Assembly: GCA_040954595.2 (NCBI GenBank)
Contig: CM082588.2
Span: 2,640,144 to 2,704,143 of the forward strand
Reading direction: 5' to 3'
Length of the DNA stretch: 64,000 nt
Source of the DNA: Balanoglossus misakiensis
Taxonomy: Eukaryota > Animalia > Hemichordata
In this document: in pieces, positions 1 through 10,211 of the stretch
How positions within the stretch are numbered: position 1 is the stretch's first letter
Layout of the letters: the number at the start of each line of letters is the position of its first letter
The notes under the pieces: generated by a model
Seen by the model: the letters and a program-made list of their open reading frames with translations, nothing else
What the model was told of the DNA's origin: nothing
Databases searched by the model: none
Program-made: the position numbers and the translations under genes

Positions 1-1483
1 AATCATCCAGAAATGTCAATTTTTCGACTTCGCGAAATTTCAAAATTTGGCCGATTTTTGAAAAAATCATGGGTTATAGCTCATGAAAATCATCCAAAAA
101 TGAGAATTTTTCGACTTCGCGGAATTTCAAAATTTGGCCGATTTTTGAAAAAATAATGGGTTATAGCTCATGAAAATCATCCAGAAATGTCAATTTTTCG
201 ACTTCGCGAAATTTCAAAATTTGGTGGTTTTCTGACAAAAACCATGCGTTATAGCTCATGAAAATCATCCAGAAATGCCAATTTTTCGACTTCGCGAAAT
301 TTCAAAATTTGGTGGTTTTTTGACAAAAACCATGGGTTATAGCTCATGAAAATCATCCAGAAATGTCAATTTTTCGACTTCGCGAAATTTCAAAATTTGG
401 TGGTTTTTTGACAAAAACCATGGGTTATAGCTCATGAAAATCATCCAGAAATGTCAATTTTTCGGCTTCGCGAAATTTCAAAATTTGGTGGTTTTTTGAC
501 AAAAACCATGGGTTATAGCTCATGAAAATCATCCAGAAATGTCAATTTTTCGACTTCGCGAAATTTCAAAATTTGGTGGTTTTTCGACAAAAACCATGGG
601 TTATAGCTCAGGAAAATCATCCAGAAATGTCAATTTTTCGACTTCGCGAAATTTCAAAATTTGGTGGTTTTTTGACAAAAATCATGGGTTATAGCTCATG
701 AAAATCATCCAAAAATGAGAATTTTTCGACTTTGCGGAATTTCAAGATTTGGCCGATTTTTGAAAAAATCATGAGTTATAGCTCATGAAAATCATCCAAA
801 AATGAGAATTTTTCGACTTTGCGGAATTTCAAAATTTGGTGGTTTTTTGACAAAAATCATGGGTTATAGCTCATGAAAATCATCCAAAAATGAGAATTTT
901 TCGACTTTGCGGAATTTCAAGATTTGGCCGATTTTTGAAAAAATCATGAGTTATAGCTCATGAAAATCATCCAAAAATGAGAATTTTTCGACTTTGCGGA
1001 ATTTCAAAATTTGGCCGATTTTTGAAAAAATCATGGATTATAGCTCATGAAAATCATCCAAAAATGAGAATTTTTTGACTTTGCGGAATTTCAAAATTTG
1101 GCCGATTTTTGAAAAAATCATGGGTTATAGCTCATGAAAATCATCCAAAAATGAGAATTTTTCGACTTTGCGGAATTTCAAAATTTGGCCGAATTTTGAA
1201 AAAATCATGGGTTATAGCTCATGAAAATCATCCAAAAATGAGAATGGCAATTTTTCGAATTTGCGAATTTTCAAAATTTGGCCATTTTTTTTAAATTTCG
1301 TCGATTTTTGTAAAAAATCATGGGTTATAGCTCATGTAAATTATTAAAAAAGACAATTTTTCGACTTTGCGAATTTTCAAAATTTCTTTATTTTTTATAA
1401 AAAATCATGGGTTATAGCTCATGAAATCATCAAAAAATGACAATTGTTCGACTTCGCGAATTTTCAAAATTTCTTCATTTTTT
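1..1483. repeat. Tandem satellite/minisatellite array, 87-88 bp unit, about 17 copies visible, truncated by the window edge
   Basis: AATCATCC recurs at 1, 88, 175, 263... Unit is approximately aatcatccagaaatgtcaatttttcgacttcgcgaaatttcaaaatttggccgatttttgaaaaaatcatgggttatagctcatgaa. Copies degenerate after about 1240. Confidence 0.97.
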
Positions 1484-2878
1484 CAGCAAGAGCGTGGTGG
1501 TGAGGGTCAAAAATTGTCCCGTGAGCTGTAACAGGAAACCAAAAGTTTCTTGACAAAGGACATCTGGAATGTGTTGAAGTGCTTTCGGTTTAATTTCACT
1601 GTCGTCGCCATAATAGGAATTAACGGGTAACGGTCGGAGGGAACTTCCTTGTCAATCCAGCGTGGATGGTCCTTCAAGTATGAAGCGTTAAAAGTGGTTG
1701 CCAGACTCCTTCGCCTGCAGGGAAATAAACATCGCGTAAATTAGTTTTATTTAGATTTAAATTGTCGTTGAAATGCAAAAAAAAAAAAGCACAAAACTTA
1801 CAATAGACCTATACTAGGCCTATACTAAGCCCAATACGAAATAAGCTTACGTCATTGCAGCTGAAAATCTGCTTCCGCAAAATTTAACCGTCGCATCGTC
1901 GTAGCATACATGTACATATAGACACAGCACGGTAACCTGACAGGTTCAAGCATGGTCCAGCACTCCGCGACCTCTGACCAAGGATCTCACGCGACTGAAT
2001 CTGTATCGACAGTCGTACTTTGGGTGGTGGTCGCTGCACTTACATTAACAGTTATAAACAGCAGATACCCTTGGCGCTCTTTTATTACAGACCAGGAGAG
2101 GATTATAAGGAACTGTACATTATTACACTTCAAGAGTGCAGTCAACAACATGCTGAAAGCTGTATCTAAAGCAAAGAGTCGGTCTCAACTTCTGTGCCTA
2201 CTCCAAGTTTGCAAGGCACCGACAAGACCAGTGAATACTAAGGCTGCATGGTTTTGCAATACATAAGCGACTGGAAATACCACCACAAACTACCGCTCGC
2301 TTTGCCGGTCGAAAATGGCTGCCTGGTTCCACCTTCCCGGGGCACAAATTTGAGGTCCCAGGCTAGGCAAAGAATATGCACAGTGACAACAGTATACGTA
2401 AATCAGAGACAAACAGCAGTGACTAGCTCATGCGCTCACTGTGTCTCAATCATCGGGTACTATTTCATTGACGATGACTAGGCGAACACAGTTCACGTTG
2501 CCCGGCAACAGTAGAACTTACTTTGATCCTTAAAAGCAGGTGGTCCTAAATCATGATTTCATCATATTATGGGAATAACATGAGTTGACGTGTTAGGCTG
2601 TTCCCTCATTATCCCTCGCGGAATCATCGGAGGCCTTTCTCTCTCCTTGTTCTTTCGTTTGGGTGTATCGCGTCTTAGTGATCCATTTGGGAAACAAGTC
2701 GTCGCCAGAACCTCAACAAAGTCGCAGCGAACAAAAAAGGGAAGATTCAAGTTGCCAACGTCGAACATCGTTTAGTAGCATACCGGCATCGAGCTGTTCG
2801 TGTCAAATCTGTATTCCTTGAAATTAACAGTTCTGATCGCAGATCGTCTGCTATCAGATCGTCAGTAGTATACGTACA

Positions 2879-5800
2879 ATGGTTGGTGACTTCGCCTCTA
2901 AATGCATACTTCTCGCTTGTCTCGTCTGTGCCTCGTCCCAGAACAAAGCGCGATATGAAAAAGCGGGCGATCTCGTGCTCGGGGGACTCTTCCCGTTGCA
3001 CGACTTCAACCACACGGTGGCCAAGTGTGGCCGTCCACTGCGATTGAACGCTTTGCGGATGGTGGAGGCCATGGCGTATGCCATCGACGAGGTCAACAGG
3101 AACGAGACGATTCTTCCGAATGTGACCATCGGCTACGAGATCTATGACACCTGTAACTACCAGGCCGTCGCTCAACAGGCGTCTCTCCAATTTCTGCCTT
3201 CGCAGAGGGAATTCATCTGCCGCCACAGCTCACCAAACGACTCGTATTCTATCCTGGCCCGGGCAAGCGCGGCTATCTCAGATCTAGAGTCGCCGCTGTG
3301 TGCCCAGCAAATCGTTGGAGTGGTCGGCGCTCGTCGAAGCAGCTGCAGCATACAGGCAACCACCCTGACGGCGCTCAGCTCCATCCCGCAGATCAGTTAC
3401 ATGTCCACGGACGACGACCTGAGCAACACCAACAAGTACCCGTTCTTCCTCCGCACGGTGCCGCCGAGCCGCTACCAGGTCAAGGCGATGATCGACATCC
3501 TGCTGCACTTCAACTGGACCTACGTCTCCGCCCTGCACTCGGACGACAGCTACGGCTACAACGGCATCGCCGTCTTCGAGCGCCTAGCCTCCGTCAGCGG
3601 CATCTGCACCGCCACCACCATGTCGCTCAGCTCCAGGCGCGTCGTCGACTACTACGACGACGTGGTGCACGAGCTCCTCAAGTACTGCAACGCCAACGTG
3701 GTGATCGTCTTCGCGCAGGTCGAGCACGTGCAGTGCCTGATGACGTCCGTCGTGCGAATGGGCGCTGTTGGCCAGTTTATATGGCTGGCCAGTGATGGCT
3801 GGGGTAACTATGGGCTTGATATTCTTGAGGGCAACCAAGCAGCGGCTTTAGGTGAGTAAAAGAATCTCAACAAGAGAATTGTCCAATCGGACATCTTTGC
3901 ACAAAATCTAGCAGAGATAGAAGGCATTTTTCGCCCTTTATTCTCATTCCTTATAAATTTTAACACCTGCCATGACATCCATGCTAAAGCCAGTATAGGG
4001 ATCAAGAGCAGCCATAATGTATAAGGAACTCACACGTGCAAATCGACGAGGTATGTTGGTGAGGAAAACACGTATTTAGCCTCACACATACATGGTTCAC
4101 GACTAGAGCGATTCCAATCGTTAGAGCTAATTGACAATACTTAATATATCAACAGCTGACGAAATCGATAAAAGCGATGAATCTCTCCAGTAGCTATGCC
4201 CCCAAACAATCATGAGTGTCGAACTTAAGTATCGTTTCAGCTGATTTCGAGCTGTGTCAAAAATCGATGGAAAGTTTAAAAATCTCCGGGTATATGTCGA
4301 GGTAAATCGGAAGGGAATAACAGTTTACGATAATGGTCATACTTGCATGTACAGCTGCATATTAATTATGAATGGACTGGTGTGTTTGTTTCATTTCAAA
4401 ACTAAGTTAGATATAAACACCTATATCTCACTGAAAACTCTCGCAATATCGAGTGATACCTTACTATTTGGATGGTCGGTAATGATTTAAAATAAACTCA
4501 ATGTGTTATTGTAACATTTTTTGGACGACGCAATCCATATATGCTTTTTCAGTCGTTCGATCCAAAGCAATTGCCGTACCAGGCCCAACAAGGGGCAACT
4601 CTAATCCTTGTACACATACACATATACTCATTATTGAAACATGAATTTACAATTCATGATTAATTGCTAGATTGTTTCAACAGCTGTTCCAATCATATAT
4701 TCCCTAATGACTTTTAAAGCCTTTTGATTTGTTCACGTTTTGTCGTACTATATGCAATCAGAAAAATATGGTTGTGGCTGTTCATAGCGGGGGGGGGGGG
4801 GGCTAAAGAAATTCACAAGAATTTTCGAAAAAATAAATGATATTTTTGTAAATTTATAGAAGGGATACAACTACATGGGCTTAAATATTCTGAATTTTCC
4901 TCGTCAGGTGCTTTGTTACTGAGACAGTATGCCTTGCCCGCAACTGACTTCGAAGAACACTTCTACTCTTCTTCGCCATGCGACAGTGAAAACCCTTGGA
5001 TGGAAGAGTACATACGAGAGTACGGCGGAGACTGCTCGGTTGTCTGTGACGGAAAGCCGAACGCCACGTTCCGGGCACCGGGGAACGAATCGGCGTCCGT
5101 GCACCAAGAGTCCCTGGTGATTGACTCTGTCCGCGCGTTCACAAACTCCATGGACGCGATATTCCGGGAACGCTGTCACGGCAACTGGGATGCCAAATGC
5201 AACGCCCGCATATCCAATGGTAAACTCCTGATGGACTATCTGCTCAGTGTCGATTTCTATGGTCCCAACGGCCGGGTTGAATTCGACCAAAATGGCGAGG
5301 TTCACGGGAAATATTTCGTTGATCAGATCCAACTGAGCGCCGGCGTGGGCTTTGAGATTAAAACGGTGGGTAGATGGGGAGCGGAGAGTTTTGAAGAAGC
5401 GGGAGAATTTAGTATACACGAAGATTTCCAGTGGTGTAACGGAACAGACTGCATTCGGGGCAATAGGGACACACCCGAGTCGACGTGCAGCAAGCCATGC
5501 CAATTTGGCGAAGCCAGGAGGGTTTTTATTGAAATCGAGTGCTGTTGGGTTTGTGACAAGTGTCAAAACTGGGAAATAATCGCCGAGAATGGCAGCGTGT
5601 GCCAGAATTGCTCATCGGTACTCGAGTACTCGTGGCCGAGCGAAGACAAAACCGAATGCGAACTGATCGATCCCGAGTACTTCCATATCACGGACAGAGC
5701 CGGCATCGCTCTGGCAACGATAAGTTCACTCGGCGTTGTTTTCACCGTTTTCTCTGTCTTCTTCTACATAACTCACGACCAGCACATTCTGATCAAAGCA

Positions 5801-6973
5801 TCCAGCCGCGAGCTCAGCTACATCATACTGTCGGGTGTCTTTCTCGCCTATACGGTCAGCTACTTCTTCATGATGGAGCCGTGCACGGTCGTGTGCTTCG
5901 GACAGCGGTGGGTCGGACTGGCGTTGGCCATGATGTACGGAACCCTAACGACCAAAACAAATCGCGTCTATCGCATATTCCAATCCGGCAAGAAGAGTGC
6001 CAAGCGTCCCAAGTTCATCAGCCCATGCTCTCAAATCGTCATCTCTGCTATAATCATCTCAGTGCAGGTAAGTATGCAATAACTTCTGACAATGTGGTGT
6101 CGTCATCTTTGTGAAAAACGTGACCACCCACCAAAACTTCTCCTTTAGACTTTTGTTGACACGAGAGTGCCTCATTATGTACTGTGCTGGACCAAATATG
6201 TCCTAGTACATTCTGAATGATCTTACATGCAGATGTGGTCTCCTGGTGAAATGGCTGGGAGAAGAATTGTCCGGTACACATATCTCATTGACAAACTCTA
6301 TCTTTTTTTCTACCAGGTCATACTGATCATTGCGGGTTTGATTATCAAACCCCCGAAGGCGGTGCTTTACATGCCCGACCCGACAAGACCCTTCGTAGAA
6401 CTGAAGTGCGTTGATACTGACATTGCTGTTCTGATTCAGGCTTCATACGTCTTCGCCCTCCTCGTCGTCTGCGCGTACGAAGCCTTCAAGACCCGCAAGC
6501 TTCCGAACAACTACAACGAGTCGAAGTTTATCACCTTCGACGTCTTCACGTCGCTGTTGGTCCTCCTGGCCTTCATGCTGCCCTACCTCTTGAGCAAGTC
6601 GTCCGTGTACGACAGCATCTACGTCGTCATGGCGCTGCTGGTGGACGCCTCCGCCACTCTCGTCTGCCTCTTCTTCCCGAAGATATACGCCATCTGCTTC
6701 GTCAGGGAGACCGACATGAAGCTCGGATACAGCAACTCGTACCGCACCGCCCTGAAGTCCCAGGTGACGCAGGCAAACTCGGCTCCAGATCCCGCCACTG
6801 ACGCAAATCCCACCGTCACGCCCTCCTTGGATCACGGCTGCCAAGAAAAGCAACTGACGTGCTGTCAGTGCGGGGCACAGATGAGCCCGGATGTTGGGGA
6901 AGACGAAAAGATGGATGAAGACAAAACTCCCGCTACGCTGCCAGAGACTGTAACAACGGATTCTGACATTTGA
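2879..6973 (+). CDS. Metabotropic glutamate receptor-like class C GPCR, paralog A. Exons 2879-3851, 4908-6067, 6317-6973 (about 929 aa)
   Basis: Signal peptide; Venus flytrap motifs (GDLVLGGLFPLH, EAMAYAIDEVN, GYEIYDTC, FFLRTVP, WLASDGW); cysteine-rich domain (CSKPC...CCWVCDKC); 7TM motifs (IKASSRELSY, TKTNRVYRIF, KTRKLPNNYNESKFI, FFPKIY). GT-AG introns with compatible phases (1, 0). Confidence 0.95.
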
Positions 6974-7365
6974 ACGGGACACACCTTTTATTGAAATCAG
7001 GGACCACTGGTCATCGCTGATCACGCACAACCACGGATTTAAATGCGGATTTAAACTGTAAAACTACACAAAAAATGGTTTGTTTTGGTCAACTATAGGT
7101 ATGACACATTATCCAATATATGTCTGCTAATTATTCTAGACGAGTCATACAAGTAGTTTTGCGGGAAATTATATATACACTGTATGTTTTTTTGCGAAGG
7201 ATAGCCTAATAACTTTGACTAGGGGTAATAAATTATACGGCGACATGAATTAACTCCCGCAGCTGTTGCTTGTACATGTACTATTGATATTAAAAAATGA
7301 ATATATAGAAATATGCAAATGCGTGTGGTTCCGGATGATGTGTTTCATTATTCATCGATGATGGT

Positions 7366-7376
7366 GCCGCCATTTT
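7366..7376 (-). promoter_or_regulatory. YY1-type motif (GCCGCCATTTT) about 40 bp upstream of the TRIM start codon
   Basis: Exact match to the YY1/Pho core consensus AAAATGGCGGC. An octamer ATGCAAAT and an ETS-like TTCCGG lie within 60 bp upstream. Function is inferred from motifs only. Confidence 0.4.
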
Positions 7377-7415
7377 GCTTCATGAGGCATATTTGACGAC
7401 TGTTCGTTCAAAACA

Positions 7416-8999
7416 ATGGCATCCACGGTTGCATTTCGGCGCGAGGATTTCGACGAGGCGTTTATGACGTGTCAGATATGCTTCGAGGAGTACAGGGAGC
7501 CCAAATTGTTACCGTGCTGCCATAGCTTCTGCAAGGACTGTCTGGCTCGCTACGTCCACCAGCGAACTGAATTCGAATGCCCGTACTGTAGGGAGAAACA
7601 TCGGTTACCGGAGACGGGAGTCGATGGTCTCCCCGGCAATTTTGTGGTGAACAATCTGAGAGATTTCTTCGCTATCCAAGAAGGTGACGAGTGTAAGATA
7701 ATTTGCCAAAGCTGTGAAAGCGCGAACGAGGCTGCCATGTCGTGGTGCAACGACTGCGGGCACTTTCTCTGTCTGACCTGCGATCTGGCGCACAAAACGA
7801 TGCGGTTTCTACGCAATCATGACGTCAAAACACTGCGGCAGCTGCAGAAGCCGGGGCGGAGCGCCAACCTGATGCGACGGAAGATGCGTTGTTCGAAACA
7901 CAGCAACCAAGAAGTTATGTTCTTCTGCGAAGTCTGCGAGATTCCTATCTGTACGGCCTGCACGATAGTGGACCACAATCCCAACACGGCACGGCCACTG
8001 GCATCTGGCGGCGGCGTTGTCGAGTCTCACCGCCCCGTTGATCTGGCCAGCGCTCTCGATAGGCACCGACTGGAACTGCGGCGTTTGGTGCGGCAGGTGC
8101 GGGTTCAGGAAAAGGGGCTGAAAACGTCACAAAAGGCAGTCGGCGCGGAGATCAACAAACTGTCGGCCAGGAAGCATTTGGTGGAGGAACGAGTCGACGA
8201 GATTTTTGACGACATCGTCGACAAGGTCAACAAGAGGAGGGAAGCTCTTCGCTCTCAGCTGAAATCCACGCACGATTTTAAGTATGGCAGATTGAAATCG
8301 CAGAAAAATGAACTCGAACTGCACCTGCGAAATATCGCCAGTGTATGCGACTTTACCGAGCAAGCGATACGGCACGGCAGTGGAGCGGAGATGATGGCGG
8401 TGAAGAAGTTGGTCCGCGAGAGACTGCATGATCTCTCGCTGCGCAGTCCTCTGCGGACGAACATGGAGGAGAACGAACATCTTGATCTGCGGGTGGAGAG
8501 CAGTGATGTGATCGCTCTGGAGAAGACACTTTCCATCTTGGGAGAGGTCGTCTCCAGCACCACCCTACCAAACCTATGCCAGCTCAAAGAACTAGGACAG
8601 GGTTTGCTTGCGATTTCCACCTACGATTACAATGGTCACCCGCGGACAGACGGAGGCGACCCGATCGAAATCAAGTTACTGGAGTCTCCGATAGGAGAAT
8701 CGAGCGTGGCGACATCGTGCATGGATCAAGAGAACGGCTCGTACATAGTCAGATTTTGTCTCGATGACGACGATGCGTCGTCCTGTCGCCTGGGTAACGG
8801 AGAGCAAGTCAGGGTGTCCTTTGGGGTGGCGATATTCGGAAGAGAAATCGACGGGTCGCCTTTTCAGAATTGGAAAGTCACCCTGCACTCGCTCCGTCAT
8901 TGTGGTTGTCAACCCGCACGAGACGACGATGACGTCAGTGAGGGCAAAATTCGCTCCAGATGCATGGTGGACAAAAGCGAGGAGGATATGCTGGTATGA
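7416..8999 (+). CDS. Intronless tripartite motif protein (RING, 2 B-boxes, coiled coil, filamin/Ig-like domain; TRIM45/TRIM2/3-like, no NHL repeats), 527 aa
   Basis: C3HC4 RING CQIC...LPCCHSFCKDC...CPYC; B-box1 CQSC...CNDC...CLTC...H; B-box2 CSKH...FFCEVCEIPICTAC...H; helical region; filamin-type motifs DYNGHPRTDGGD, DQENGSYIV and IDGSPF. Confidence 0.93.
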   Translation: MASTVAFRREDFDEAFMTCQICFEEYREPKLLPCCHSFCKDCLARYVHQRTEFECPYCREKHRLPETGVDGLPGNFVVNNLRDFFAIQEGDECKIICQSCESANEAAMSWCNDCGHFLCLTCDLAHKTMRFLRNHDVKTLRQLQKPGRSANLMRRKMRCSKHSNQEVMFFCEVCEIPICTACTIVDHNPNTARPLASGGGVVESHRPVDLASALDRHRLELRRLVRQVRVQEKGLKTSQKAVGAEINKLSARKHLVEERVDEIFDDIVDKVNKRREALRSQLKSTHDFKYGRLKSQKNELELHLRNIASVCDFTEQAIRHGSGAEMMAVKKLVRERLHDLSLRSPLRTNMEENEHLDLRVESSDVIALEKTLSILGEVVSSTTLPNLCQLKELGQGLLAISTYDYNGHPRTDGGDPIEIKLLESPIGESSVATSCMDQENGSYIVRFCLDDDDASSCRLGNGEQVRVSFGVAIFGREIDGSPFQNWKVTLHSLRHCGCQPARDDDDVSEGKIRSRCMVDKSEEDMLV

Positions 9000-10211
9000 G
9001 CACAGACAGTCTGAGAACGTTTTGACGACGGTTTTGCATAGAGTAGAAAAACGACATGAATATTAATGTTTCATAACATAATTCGTGCGCTCCAACTGTT
9101 ACCCTTTGGCGAATGATACTTCACACCATTTTGAAAACAATCGGAACCAGTATTTCTGTTGGTCCTCGATTCACGCATGGTCACGTGTGACCCGTTTACA
9201 TACACTTAATCACGTCACTGTAAGGTGAACATACGGTTCCTTTGACCCCAACTCTTTGCGCTCAATAGTCTGCTCTTTGGTCGCCAAAGACGAAGTCTTG
9301 GGGACTAATGTCCGTCCGAAGGCTTGGTCCGACTTTCTTTCAAACTTCGCACACTGTACCATGAGGTACGCCAACAGGGGGGACTGTGTCATTCACGATT
9401 GCTCAAATCCGTGTGATTAAATAACATAGCCGTTGTATTGGCCTATAGATAACATGCTACATGATTGACACGTGTACGACTATACTCAAGGTCACGCGGT
9501 ATTTTACGGTAGACCGCCATTCTCCAAGCTGAGTCTCAGGCCCTGCACACAGGTCAGTACCTATAATGGCGCTTTTAACACCTTTTGTTTGTAACTTCAC
9601 GCACGTACAGCTGTATGTTCGCAATTGTTATATGCAGGGTGGTATGTCCATACACATATACAGATTTCAGAGATACCAGGAACACCCACGGTGCCATTTT
9701 GACAAGGACATTACATCATGTAGTGGTCCTACAATGGGACATAGGCTTGATACATGGTAGAATGGTCCGGCATAGTCAAAACAAAACGCCCAACAAGATA
9801 ACAATTTTATTAAGCGAAATCGAACACTTCTCTTTAAAGTTACCGGGTCGAATAGTTCCTGTTAGTATAAAACATGCATACAGTCTTGCTGTAGAAGCGA
9901 AACTCTTTACATGGCGATCAGTATCTCGGTAATGTGGTCGCGTGACAACTGGTGACCTTGAATGGAGACAGTCCCCTCTCACCATGTTACCACAGATAGA
10001 ACAATAGGGGGTATTTTTGGTGAGACATTAAAGCTGACGACTAGGCATGCTGGGTGCCCCCGAACATCTCAAGGTTGAGTAAAGTATGTTAAATCAAATG
10101 GTGATAAAGGAATAGGAAAATCCGAACAGCACTGACCATCAGACCAACCACACCAAATCAGTTGTTGTTATTCTCCTTTACAGAACCGATACCATTGCTG
10201 ATAGCAGAAAT

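Noticed and set aside
1-1483. CRISPR-like array, or a repeat protein (ORF 1109-1294)
   Set aside because: The units are contiguous with no unique spacers, the context is eukaryotic and there are no cas genes. 88-bp units break the frame, so the ORF is a by-product of the 87-bp period.
2747-8912. Long antisense and alternate-frame ORFs over GPCR-A and TRIM (for example 4916-5566, 6443-7030, 3298-3795)
   Set aside because: Shadow ORFs caused by high GC3 in the real genes; no recognisable domains.
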